A DNA stretch of 64,000 nt from the human T2T-CHM13v2.0 reference genome, Homo sapiens. This document shows, in pieces, positions 50,430-63,521 of the stretch (positions are counted from its first letter, which is position 1; each line of letters begins with the position of its first letter). The DNA is taken from assembly GCF_009914755.1 (NCBI RefSeq), contig NC_060925.1. One strand, given 5' to 3'. Under the pieces are notes generated by a model. That model was not told the origin of the DNA, did no database searches, and worked only from the letters and a program-made list of their open reading frames with translations. The translations under genes and the position numbers were made by a program.

Positions 50430-52200
50430 TATACCAGGATCAACTGTCTTTCCAATGGACCTAAATAGAGAGACATACTATGTTCGTGGATTAATATATT
50501 CAATATTGTTAAAGTGTCCACAAGGTATCTATAATTCAAAAAAATGCAATATTAATACAATCTAAAAATGTGTGAAATATAGAAAAAATCTAACACAAGA
50601 TGTGCCATATCTTAAGAAATAAATATAAAATTTTATTAAAAGAATTTAAAAAAGACAAAGTAAATGATTTATCATGTTCATAGATATAAATATACAATAT
50701 ATTTAAATACCACTTTTCTCAAAATTAACCTATAACTATAACGCAAAAATCCCAACAGAGGTTATTTGAAATTCTGCAAGTTAATTTTAAAATATACCTG
50801 TAAGAACTGGGATCAATAGTCATAATATTTCTGGAGAAGAAATTGTTAGAGTATTAGCCCTTTCGGATACCAAACTTTATTATAAAACTAGAACAATTAA
50901 GATACAGCCATAATGACATATGGATGATCAAATCAATAGAACAGATGAAAAACCCAGAAACATTTATGCCTGTGTATAAAATTGCTCTCCCAATGCAAAT
51001 TTGTGAAGAAAGGGTAAACCAGTCAATAAATGGAATCAGTATAATTGGTTCTGCTTAAAAAGTTAGATCTCAATGCCCTACCTTACACAAAGATAAATTC
51101 CAAAGGTATTAAAGAACTAGATGTGAAAAGTAAAATTTTAACATAAAATGAAGTCTTTTTGATCCTAGAGTAAGAAAGGAATTCTTTTAAAAACACAAAG
51201 ATTGTGATCCATAAAGAAGATTAATTTGACTGTATTCAAATTTTAAAATGTCTGTTCATCAAATGACACCAAACAAATTGAAGAAATAAGCCATAATCAT
51301 GAAGAACATATTTTAAATACATATAATAAGAAAATAACTTATATTCAGGACAACAAGAGAAAGACAACTTAAAATGATCTCGTAGTAGGAAAATGAACAA
51401 AGTGTAGCAGTAGGCAATCCACAGGAGAAGAAAGCAAATGGTATACAAGTTTAAAAAGATGCCCTCAACCAGTGACAAGGGAAATGTGAACAAAAACCAC
51501 CCTGAGGATTCACTTCACATAGTAAGGTTTACAAAAATAAAGTTTAAAAGTTCAACGATACCAAGGGACATTGGAGAACAACAGGAACAATGCTGGTATG
51601 AATGTATATTGATGTAAGTACTCAATAAATGCATTTGGATCTCCTAAATTTGAAGATGCACATCCCTTACCAGTGGCCATTCCACTCCTAGGAAATGTTA
51701 AGATACATACAAAGAAAAAGTAGTTCCCAGCAGCATCCAATAAATGGAGTCGACAAAAAACATCTACCAATCCATGATCTATTTATCCATGGGTCATGGA
51801 TAAATGACCTATGCCATACTCTTGCAATGGACTACAATATATAATTGTAAAGTAACTCTAGGATTAACATGAATAAATCTCACAAAAATAATGGAGCAAA
51901 TTCCAGAAAGACATATATAATCTTTACATAAATTTGTAATGTATATACATTTTAAATATTTAATTCTAAGCAATCTAATAATATATTGTTAAGGAATAAG
52001 CTGACATATAGTGAATAAATATATCAGAAAAACACAAAATACTGAGAGTGACTTTCTGGTGGGAAAAGAGGATAATGTGATTGGGTATGAGATAAGAACA
52101 CACAGGGCTTCAGTGATATTTGTAGTGTTTTTATCTCTTAAGCTAGTATGTGAGTTTATGAGTATATACTATATTAGTTATGTCATTTTTTAAATATAAG
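50430..52200 (+). mobile_element. L1ME ORF2 end and 3'UTR, highly diverged
   Basis: GACCTAAATAGAGAGACATACTATGTTC, ATAAATTCCAAAGGTATTAAAGAACTAGATGT, CATTCCACTCCTAGG, CATGAATAAATCTCACAAA. Confidence 0.7.
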
Positions 52201-52209
52201 CTTTTTATA

Positions 52210-52445
52210 AAAATAAAGAGCATAGAATATAGAATCAATGTGTCAATCCCAGCTCCATCATTACTTAGTTACTTTCAACCAACTTATTAACCTGTCTAAG
52301 CCTCAGTGGTCCAATGTAAAATAGTTACAATAATACCTAACTTACAGAGTTATGGTAAGATTTAATGCACTATTGTTACCATATTTAAAGCACATAGCAT
52401 AAAGCCAAATGCAGAAATCACTTAATAAATGGAAGCTATTATTAC
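52210..52445 (+). mobile_element. MIR
   Basis: AATCCCAGCTCCATCATTTACT...AAGCCTCAGT...TGTAAAATAG...AAAGCACATAGCA. Confidence 0.8.
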
Positions 52446-53775
52446 CTGCATGTGGCTCATTCCCTGGAGAGTTGTCTCTTGAACCTAATTATCACAGAAT
52501 CATGTCTATATTGTAGTGCAGATAGGGTTTTCTCAAGAGGGTACACACTAGTTACCATATAACTACTGGGGCCTTTAACTTCTTGTCACTCATGTCTTTG
52601 GGGAAAAAAATGTACCACATTTAAGCAGTCTGGTGACATCGAGTTAATTTTTGAATATACAAGCAAAATTATCAAAGAAATTCCACTTCTTTGTTAATTG
52701 CAAAATAAGCAGCTCTCTAGTCAAGAACTAATTCTAAACTAGCATTTAAGCAAAGTAGGTAAATGAGCTATTCATGGAGCCTTAGAGGTTTTTAATAACT
52801 TTCCTCTTCTCCAATAAATTAATGTGTGGCTCTTGGGAGTACTTAAGCTTTGCACTAACAGAGAGCTTGTAGTTTTTTTTAATTATTGTACCATATTTTC
52901 TAAAGAGACAAATATACCTTCTAAAGATAAGTAAGTCAATAGAGAATATTCTTTTTTGCTCTTTTGACCCAATCTAAATTTTTGAGAACCCAATCTGGTT
53001 CTCAAAAAAATATCTGATAGTGTAAAAGGAGCAAGGTCCTTTCACATGCTTCATCAGTACTGCCAATTTACGATTTTTTTTTTTTTTGGTACTTGATTTC
53101 ATTTCTACTTAACAAAGAAAAAATCTTTTTTTAATATTAGCATGCCAACCACCATGATATTCTATTTGTTCTTGGTCTATCTAGTCTCAAACAAATATAT
53201 AAAAATGGTTAAGAAAAAAAGTATTAAAAATGACCCCTAGACACATTACTGTTAATTCAAACTCCAAAAGCAAAGACACTCTTACTGGCCCATGAGCAAA
53301 CTGTACATGTTCATCTTACCCCTTCCAAATCTACAGGAAATAATAAAAATCCTCAAAAGACCATAAATGTTAACCAGAAAATCATAATTACTAGTTTCAG
53401 TTCCAATATTTTTTTCTTCCCTTCACTTTTCCAATGTTTTGCTCTTCTGAGAGAGAATGAGACTTTCTGTCCTGAAATTATGTAGTCTGGTTGGAGCATG
53501 AATCCAAACCGACTAAGTTAGGAAAAAAAAAAAAAAAATACAACCTGCAGTTCTACTGGCCAAACTGGAAATAATGTCACCTCAGGTAAGGCCCTTCAGC
53601 ATGCATATCCCAGAAGGAATGAGACATGAATCCATCCCACCTCACTTATCACATTCTGCTCTTGAACCAGAGAATCTCTCATTTCAAGGCTGGCTGAGTT
53701 CCCTTACAGTCTAATGAGTCTGCCATTGCCGTAGGACAAAGACATAACAAACAAATATGCACTTAGAAAAAAGCA

Positions 53776-54078
<303 letters not shown>

Positions 54079-54204
54079 GCAGGCATTATTACATTGATAC
54101 GAGAAAGAATATAGACAAGTGTGCTAAATGTCAAAGGACACATTATAACGTTGAAGATTTTAGAGCTATACTATCTTACTTCGAGGGTTGTATTTGGTCT
54201 TTGG

Positions 54205-54207
<3 letters not shown>

Positions 54208-54240
<33 letters not shown>

Positions 54241-54243
54241 ATG
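54208..54243. repeat. (TG)n microsatellite
   Basis: Direct read. Confidence 0.9.
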
Positions 54244-54369
54244 ATCACTGGAAAAATGAGTAGAGTAGCTTATATCTCTATCTCACTCTGGCAAAGACCT
54301 TGATAGAGACTAGGTAAATTATAGCACAGTCTACCAAAACTACTCAGCTGAAATACTCCTCACCCCCAA

Positions 54370-54460
54370 ATTATTCATTCATTGAATAGCTATATGTGCC
54401 AGGCACAGTCCTAGGACCTGGAGATACAGTAGAGAACAAAAGAGATGCCACCTATCTAAT
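54370..54460 (-). mobile_element. L2 3' fragment
   Basis: TATGTGCCAGGCACAGTCCTAGGACCTGGAGATACAGTAGAGAACAAAA. Confidence 0.75.
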
Positions 54461-55381
54461 GACATTGTTCTAATCTGCTTAAATTCAGACTTTGAGAAAT
54501 ATACTTCAGGAGTTTACTGCATCCACAGATTGCCTCATGGTAGGATGAGATCAGTTTCAGAGTAAGACCAATGCCTGTGGATAGTAGGAGAGGGCTTTTC
54601 TACAAAGGAGTAGGAATTCTGTTAAGAGTTCAGCAAAGTCTTATGCAGATTAGCATAGTTTCATCAAGAAGTCAGCACTCCAAATCTGTTTTTCTAATTT
54701 AAAAAAATTAAAGATCTCCTTACAACATTGATGTTTTTCTGAATGTCGCTGTTTACTACATGCTATAAGTTAGCTCGTATTTTGTACATATATCAAAAAA
54801 GAATAAGCCAATTCAAAATGTGTGAAGTCATTTCATATTCACATGCTATTCTAACAGATAGCTTTCATTCTTTAGTAGAAGCCTTTCAGAACTCAAAATA
54901 ACCTCTCTTTTTTCTGTTTGAAGAATTTTTTTTTGTTAAACACATGGTTAATAGCCAAAGAGCTCAATATTTAATTCCCCATGCTGCTAATGTAATAAAG
55001 ATGAACCTAAGCAACTTATTTGACTAACAAGGTATATAGAAAATATGTAGTCCTTTGTTAAGGTAACTCATCAGATGGAAGACTTCACGGATTTACTTAA
55101 TAGCATTACTTTTCACATTGAAAAGAAACAAATGTATGAATTCTCTCTGGGGTACTTTGTTATTATGGTAAATCATAAGAAAAGATAAATAGAAACATAT
55201 TTCCCTTTCAGGAGGAAACTGCTATGTCTATTCTGAATTGTTCCTAGGCTAAGTTTCAGATAGTGGTTGATTTCCACTCTCTCTTTCCTCTTCCTCTTTC
55301 CTGGCTATTTTGGTATGTCAGAAGATGTTATTCTAAAAAGGGGTAGAAGAAAAACAAGCTATTTTGTTACTTGATAGTTGT

Positions 55382-55385
<4 letters not shown>

Positions 55386-55417
<32 letters not shown>
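55386..55417. repeat. (CA)n microsatellite
   Basis: Direct read. Confidence 0.9.
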
Positions 55418-55418
<1 letters not shown>

Positions 55419-55662
55419 AAAATCCTTTGGAGACAGGAAAATTGAACATACTGGAGAAAATACGGTTGATGGATTTGTAACAGATTTAATGTTCCCTATC
55501 ACCTCAGATGTATTCCATATTTATGTTGATGTGAACTGAAATATTATTTTTACATACTTGATTATACTCAAGGATACACGATGACTGAATAAGTTCTTTA
55601 TTGGTACTCTTTTTGTCTGTTTTTCCTGAACATCCATTATGTAGTAGTTGTGAATTATATAC

Positions 55663-55707
55663 AGATAGATAGATGATAGATACATAGATAGATAAATAAA
55701 TAAATAG
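55663..55707. repeat. (GATA)n/(AATA)n microsatellite
   Basis: Direct read. Confidence 0.9.
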
Positions 55708-56326
55708 TGTAAACCAAAAACAAAATTCTAAGGCCCTCCAACCCCCTGAATGGACTCCTTCCTTCCTCTTAGCCAGGGCACTCCAAAATTAACCTGAAAG
55801 ACTGGTTCAGGCCATGACAGGAAGTGGGTTCAGCCATGCCTCACTATGCCCTCCTCCCTTTTGGGATTCAGGATAAGCTCACCAGCATTTAACATCAATG
55901 CAGACCTTAAGTCTGATAAGAAATATTTACAATCTATTCTGTCTGAAGTCTGCTACCTGGAGGCTTCATCCACATGATAAAACTTTGGTCTCCACAACTT
56001 CTTCTTATAACCCAGACATTCCTTTCTATTGATAATAACTCTTTCAACTAATTGCCAATCAGAAAATTTTCAAATCTACCCATAGCCTGGAAGGCCCCCC
56101 ACCTTCAAGTTGTCCTACCTTTCTGGACAGAACCAATGTATATCTTAAATGTATTTGACTGATGTCTCACATCTCCCTAAAATGTATAAAACCAAGCTGT
56201 GCCCCGACCACCTTGAGCACATGTTCTTAGAATCTCCTGAGGGTTGTGTCATGGGCCATGGTCATTCATATTTGGCTCAGAATAAATCTCTTCAAATATT
56301 TTATAGAATATGACTCTTTTCAATGA
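55708..56326 (+). mobile_element. MER4B-like ERV1 solo LTR
   Basis: TGTAAACCAAAAACAAAATTCTAAG...TGTATAAAACCAAGCTGT...CATATTTGGCTCAGAATAAATCTCTTCAAATATTTT. Confidence 0.88.
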
Positions 56327-58444
56327 TGATTAGATAAACAAATAGAAGATAAATAGATTTGAATCGTGAAATCACCATTTTGTAGGTCAAAAAATAGTCA
56401 AATGTACATGGAAGTTATCTTATGATTGTTTTTATATGAAAATAAAGAGAAGTATAGAAGTTCCTTTAGAAACTAGCAAACAGTAAATTCCCAACATCTA
56501 TTGAATAAATGAGAAACATAAATAATGGTGTAAACCCACTCAAATTTAGCAAATAAATCAAATAATGTTATCCTAAATTATTTTTAAGACACTAAGCTGA
56601 AGGCTATGTTACATAGACAATATATTTAAAATCACCTATATTTTCTACACTGTCCAGTTTGTATTTTCATTTTAGGACCCCAAAATTATTCTTCAAGTTT
56701 AGAAAGCAATAAATTTACTACTGCAAATTCCAAAAACATGATGATAGTAAAATGACTGCTCTTCTTTACCTGTTTCCAGTGGTAGTAATAATATTTTTAA
56801 TTGAAATTCTAAACTATGCCCCAAATTGGAAAATCAGTTTGCAAAACAAAACAACAGTCTACTATCTAATAATCCTGTGCTTTTTAACCTACTGATATGT
56901 CAGCCTGCATTGTTAAGCCAAAGTCAATTATTGTTCCCAAAGTTAACATATAGACCAGTGTCATATTAGTTTTATAAAGAAAACTTATAGTCAAAGGAGG
57001 AGAGTGACTTGTTTAAGGTCCTATTTGAATTCTCTACTAACAGTCAGGTTTATTCTCCTGCTTCCAAGAGATTATTTTTTTCACTATGCCACACGAGACG
57101 GACAGGCTTCTGCAAATGGACTAGAAAAAAATAATGAAGTTCTTCACTTCTTCAGCTTGTAGAATAGGACTAGAAAATCTTAGCTTTTCCTCTAGATTTC
57201 CGTTTTCAAGCTGATACATTGTATTTTTTCAGCCCTCTTTACCTGATTATGGAATATTAGGCAACATTCATTATGAAAGGAAACTCATAAGTCCTCATTC
57301 ATCTACTTTGCCTGTTAGTTCTTTTCTTTGAAGCAGATGCTGTACGAAGCAGCAATTTGGGAATGTTTTTGAAAGTATTTTTTAAGGCAGTGAGATGATT
57401 TTAAGAAAGGATAGATCTCGAGGCCACTTGTTTCATCTACTGTTACTACAAAACTCTTTTGGGTGAATGAAAAAGTGGCCATTGGACATAATTTATCTCT
57501 CCCACTCAGTAAGAAGCCCAGTCGAATATCCTATTGATTTCACTGAACTACCTACCACAAAGATATTTAGTGAAGTTGGTAGTCAGAGAGGACAAGCCAC
57601 AGGATGTGTGCCATAGACCAAATACCTCCAGTACAACATTGTGTCAGCTCTGCCTCCATCATGAGATGATCTATTTCAATCGCATGTGAGAAACAATGGA
57701 TCTTGCAGGTAATAGATAACTCCAAAGTAATAACATCCAACAAAAGCAGAACAGAAATCACTTGAGTACCAACTTCTAGTCCCTAGGATTGAAAATGAGC
57801 TTTCATGGGAGCCTAAACCTAAAAAGGATACATTCTTGTACTCCAGCATACTTATAAAACTACTATACTTTAAAATGTGTGTATGTTGATCAAAGACAGA
57901 AAAAGCAATGACATTTATTATATGTAAACTGTGGCAATGCTAACAGTATACCTGAGATTGATGGGCTAAGTCTCAAAATCCTAGATGTAATTTTCCAGCA
58001 CGTTTGACTAGCTAAATACATATATATAAAGAGTTTTGGCAACAGTTTTCACTTCATTGTCAATGGTTTTTAAAATATCGACAGAAATAGAGAGGAAATC
58101 CTGAAAAGAATGAAATCATTACAGCAAGTTCTACTTGTATATTTTTAGACAATCAGAACAATTCTTTGAAGGCAGTTTGTGGTAATAATTTTACGCACGT
58201 TTCCTATATTGCCTGTGCCTGGAATCCACCCTGATCTGGCTTCCTGGCTGGCTGCCCTCCTGTAAACATTGTAAAAATGAAATGCTGCCACAAGAAATTG
58301 TCTTCAAGGCAGGCCACTCTACTAAAGTCCACGCCACAGTGGCAGTTTGAGTTAGGAAAACAAACTACTTCATCAGATTCTAGAAATTTAAGGAATTACT
58401 AGGAAATGAATGTTGAGCCTTTTTTTCCTTTAGGAATAGTAGAA

Positions 58445-58700
58445 ATGACGAGGATGATGAGGATGACAATATATTGAGCACCTAATGTGAACATATTGAT
58501 AAAAGCACTGAGTTACATATTGAATACATTTAACCCCTTCCTTGTAACAACACTACAGGATGGCTTTATTCTCCCAAATTTGCAGGTAGAATTACAAAGT
58601 CTGATAGGGGTGAAGACGTTTGCCCAAACTTTGATGGCATGAGGCCTGTCCCCAGCCCAGCACGTAACTAGCAGAGCTAAAATTCTAACTCATTCAGCAA
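58445..58700 (-). mobile_element. MIR
   Basis: ATATTGAGCACCTAATGTG...TTTATTCTCCCAAATTTGCAGGT...TTTGCCCAA. Confidence 0.6.
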
Positions 58701-59031
58701 TCAGCTAGCTGACAGGCTCCTAAAGTCAGCAGCGGCAGTCAGCTGAGTCCTGAACAAAATAAAGCATGATAGAATAGTGCTTTCAATGGAGAATGAGTGA
58801 TTTCTACTGTCATCTATCTTTTAAACCAGTTAGCATGCCTCCAAAGAAGTTGCCTAGGTCTCAACAAAAACTAGAGAAAGGATAAGAGAAAAGTGTGAAC
58901 TGTGTTGACACGAAATCCAAAAAGAATATTTAAATGAACTTTGAAAAATAACCTTTAATCCTATCCAAGTAAATTATATCTATCCTTACTGAATGTGACT
59001 TTTGCTGCCCAGTGATGAGAATAGAAAAATA

Positions 59032-59078
59032 TGTGTGTGTGTGTGTGTGTATATATATAATATATATATATATATATG
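59032..59078. repeat. (TG)n(TA)n microsatellite
   Basis: Direct read. Confidence 0.9.
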
Positions 59079-59451
59079 ACAATTTGAAATAAAGTAAAAT
59101 GTGACATGACCATCAGCACATACAATCTTTGTTTTCAATATAGAATTACATAATTTTAATCAACACAAAATCAGTTTCTACCAAACACCGCCAGTTGAAT
59201 GATATTTTTTAAATGTCAGTTGAGAGAAGTTCCAAATTATTTGGAAAGCAAATGATAGTTTCAATATCTTGCTTTAGTCGTTTATTATTTACTCTTTCAT
59301 TCTACAAAGAGTTATTGAACAGTATCATTATGCTAGCATCTCAGGATAAAATCGTGGGCAAATAAGCATGAAACAAGATCTGTGCCTTTAAGGAGCTAAA
59401 TGACCTGGTGATATCCATTTTTCTTACTTAAAAATGTATATAAAAAGTGTG

Positions 59452-59753
59452 AGCTGGGTGCCGTGGCTCACATCTGTAATCCCAACACTTTGGGAGGCTA
59501 AGGCAGAAGAACTGCTTGAGCACAGGAGTTCCAGACTAGCCTGGGCAACATGAAGAAACCCAATCTCTACAAGAAATACAAAATTTAGCTAGGCATAGTG
59601 GTGCGTCCCTGTAGTCCCAGCTACTCAGGAGGCTGAGGTGGGAGGATTACCTGAGCCTGGGAGGTGGAGGCTGAAGTGAGCTGTGATTGTGCCACCGTAC
59701 TCCAGCCTGGGCAATGGAGTGAAACCCTGTCTCAAAAAAAAAAAAAAAAAAAA
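59452..59753 (+). mobile_element. AluJ
   Basis: TGCTTGAGCACAGGAGTT, GCTGAGGTGGGAGGAT, GAGGCTGAAGTGAGCTGTGAT; TSD AAAAAGTGTG (59442-59451, 59749-59758). Confidence 0.92.
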
Positions 59754-59995
59754 GTGTGCATTAAGTTCCTTCTATGTGCAAAGTATTTTGTTTTATCCTT
59801 AGACCAGGAAGAGGACATATTCACAATGTCTACTTGAAATTATGTCTGCTAAAGGCATAAAGAAGGAAATCCAGCTGCAGTGAATCAGGAAGAGAAGATG
59901 GAGCTGGTATGGAGTACAGATTAAAGTGAGGTATAGACAGTTCAGAGATGGGTTGTGGGCAAGCAAGCCTGTTTGAGACTCTCTACTCTTCATTC

Positions 59996-60345
59996 TGTTA
60001 AACTAAATTTGGTCTGACACTGCCTCCTTACTTTGAGTTTCTATGTAGATAACTACAACCTAGTTTAAGAGTATAGTCTTGTAACAAGTAGTTGAGTCTC
60101 AGATGAGCTTCAGCCAATCACACGCTGCCAACTATCAGAACGTGTCCATATTAGGCAACTGCCAAGCTGTAACCAATGTAGCTGTTTCTGCATGTCACTT
60201 GCTGTTTCTGTCTATAGATACTCCCTGCTTGTATTGCTGGGTGGAGCTCTGTGAACCTCTGCTGGTTCTGAGTGTTGCCTGATTCATGAATTATTCTTTG
60301 CTCAAATAAATTCTGTGAAATTTACTTTGTCTGAAGATTTTAACA
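59996..60345 (+). mobile_element. MER57/MER93-family ERV1 solo LTR
   Basis: TGTTAAACTAAATTTGG...AGCCAATCAC...GCTGTAACCAAT...CTTTGCTCAAATAAA...TTTTAACA; TG...CA termini. Confidence 0.75.
60146..60155. promoter_or_regulatory. Perfect CArG box (SRF site) inside LTR
   Basis: CCATATTAGG. Confidence 0.5.
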
Positions 60346-60374
60346 ATCCCAACCTACAATTGTGGTTGATGATG

Positions 60375-60555
60375 AGCAGCAAAACCATATTGTAGAAAAA
60401 ATGTAAACGTTTGGTAAGGAAACCTGGGCTTTAGTCCCACTGCCTCTGCTAATGTACTGTGACATCCAGCATGAGTACTTTCTCCCCTTTGTGTTCGGTC
60501 TCCTCAGACGGAAAGTGAGAGAACTTGGACTAGGTGATCTATAAGTTCCCTTCAA
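60375..60555 (+). mobile_element. MIR
   Basis: AACCTGGGCTTTAGTCCCACTGCCTCTGCTAA...TTGGACTAGGTGATCTATAAGTTCCCTTC. Confidence 0.75.
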
Positions 60556-62959
60556 TTAATTTAAGCAAGTAAAACTTTATGTTCTATTTTATTCTAAGGA
60601 GGAATTACATATGTAAATACATTTTTACTTCTAATGTCAGCAACTTTACTGTCCTTAATAGGAAGATTTAGTAATCCATAAGTGTCATTATCATTTCCAA
60701 AACACCTTTTAATGCTTGTTTGCAAATGGCAAATGAGCTATGTGTGAATAGAGTGTAAATATTAATCAGGTAATCTCAGTCTGTATTATATTGAAAGATG
60801 AATGTGAAAGTAAAAGATTCAATTGACTATTCAGGTATTTTATAAATACCATGCCTTCCAGAAAGGGCTTTACTCACATGAGGTGACAATGGCAGTCACC
60901 TACTTGCTGTGATTTGAGGACTCTCTATTTCTAAATTATATGCATCACTATATCTGAAATTCTACCATTGCTGCTTTATTTCTTCCTGTTAAGACTTTGA
61001 GATTTCTCATCCAAGATGCAAATGCCCCTTAGAGAGTTCACTGCAATAGGCCATAAGCAGAGAAAGACATTAATGGGAGAAAATATAAAGCATGTAAGTT
61101 TTCATTACCAGGAGGAAAAAAAAAAGAAGATGTGAAGTGGGCTGCCTTGGAGACACTTTCTACAAAGAAAATCCTGGGCAATTGGAGGCCATATGAAAGC
61201 ATCGGGTGTGTCAGAAGGGAGGGTTTGGCTGTGTTGGGAAAAGAAATGCTGAGCAGGGTGGGAGAATGCAAAAGACAAATTTTGTCCTCTTTATCATTTT
61301 TCCAGGGGTTAGCCTTGGTGGCAGATGTTTGTCATCTAGTCAATAAAACTAGGGGTGACTGAACTCTTCATAGTTAATCCTGAGACATTTTAATTGTTTA
61401 GATATGTTCATGAACATGTCAAGAGTGGTTGAAATTAAATGAGATAATGCACATGAAATGATTTGTATCAACTGAAGTATGAAACAGATGTTATTGTTTT
61501 TATTTGATAAGGAAAGCAAGGGTAAGGGGCTTTAGAGGATAAAGGTTAAGGGAAGTAGCTATATAAATATGTAAAATTATGTCTGCCATCATAGGCTAAT
61601 TTAGCCCAAAAAGTAATTTTGCCCTTTCTTAATCATAACATCAATCCCTCTCTTCTGAACCGAAACATTGGAACTTTTAGAGAAAACCTTTCCCTGCCTG
61701 AACACGGTAGAGAAGTAACACAGAAGACAAGACTTTTATCAGGAAAAGAGGTTCTAGAAGCCGTTAACCCCCAGCATGCCCAGAAGACACTGGGGTTTCA
61801 TAGGGGAGAATTTCCATTCTATTTCAAGTAGAAAAAAAAGTGATACAGATTAAGTTTCAAATATCAGCTAGAATTAACCCATTTACCCAGAATCCATTTA
61901 ACCAATGATCTGTGAAGGACAGTCATTCTGAACTCACCTTTGAGCTTCCCATTTACGGACAATAAGTTGTATGTAAATTTCCATTTGTTTATCCAGCCAC
62001 GGTGTCAGCAATAATTAGAGAATGATTATAAAACATTACTATTTTCCAAAATTGATCACAGGATTAATTTTGGCGTAGCTGAGGACCAATTCTCTATTCT
62101 CAACTATGTGTGATGGTCAGCCTCTGAAGCCCCTTTGGATCATAAAAGCATAATAAACATAAAGTAGCTCCAACCTCAAATAGGAAAGAGACATATTCTA
62201 ATTTCTATATGAAAATCTGAATAGTTCTCTTCCATGATTTTCTGGTAATCTGAACTTATGCTCATGAAACTTGACTCCCCAACATAGTTTCAAGCATCAA
62301 ATCATATTATTCTAGACTCAACTTCCCTGTTTTTCAAATTGATTCTCTTTGTTCCTTCTTTTAACATTTTTTTCCCGTTGATATGTAGAAAGAACCAGGT
62401 GTTTGTCCTGATTTCAAAGAAAAAAATAATAGCCAGAATATTGCACTCATGCATCTCCATAGAGTCAACACTTTCTACCTGAGGGTGTCTTTAGCAGAGA
62501 AAATAGCCTGGAGACAGAAGTACTCCTGGGAGCAGTTAAGTTACGGCTAGGGGAAGACAGAACACTGAGGTATGTTACAGAGAGATGCAAGCTCAAAGAT
62601 CAGGCTTTCTGCATATTTCTGGCTGATTACTACCTAAGTCCCCAGAAAATTTCTGACCAGCCATGGACGTTTTATGAAGGTTGAATTACTGGAGTGACAT
62701 AGCCAAGCAAACATTGTTCCAATTTACGCAACCACATAGGATCTAGGTAATCTCTTATCACACCTTTTGTGCCATAATAACATAAACTAAGCTTTTGAAG
62801 GGATAGGGATCAGAGAAGAAGAATCTTCCCCCAACCGTATCCCTCTTTAATGGCCACAGAAGAATAAGAAATGAGAGCCTCATGGAATTTAGAAACAGAG
62901 GCAGCTCGTTTAGCTATTGTCATTCCTCTGTCAAGGCTCTTGCTGATCATGCCTGGTAA

Positions 62960-63154
62960 AACCAATGCAATAGCACTTTATACCTGTTAAACTGGCAAAA
63001 ATTAGACAGCTGACAATGCCAAGTAAAGACAGTGATAGGGAGGTGTAAGGATCCTTGTGCACTGCTTGGGAAGAGGTAAAATGGTTTGACATTTTTAGAG
63101 AGGATTTGGAGCCCTTAATCAAAATACACGTTCACATTCCTCAAGATCCATTGG

Positions 63155-63208
<54 letters not shown>

Positions 63209-63513
63209 ATAAACTCTCACATAGGTCCCGAAAAAGGCCTGTATGAGGATGTTTATCTCCAAGGCAACTTGAGTATCCATTATTGGTAGAGTTAATAGGA
63301 AAAAGATAGTGGATGCCCACATTGATTTAAGCAACAGATTAGATGTACACGTAGTAACATAAATGGATCTTATACATCTAGTTGGGAAAAAATAAGAAAC
63401 AGAATAAAATAAATATTGCAATACCTTATGCATAACTCTAAGATAAAGTGACACAAAACCACAATACATATTTAGAAACAAAAATTGCAAATAGAAAGAT
63501 TCACATTAAAACA
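62960..63513 (+). mobile_element. L1ME 3' fragment with internal (TG)n (63158-63206)
   Basis: ACTGGCAAAAATTAGACAGCTGACAATGCCAAG...GTGCACTGCTTGGGAAGAGGTAAAATGG...ATGGATCTTA. Confidence 0.7.
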
Positions 63514-63521
63514 CTCTAGAA

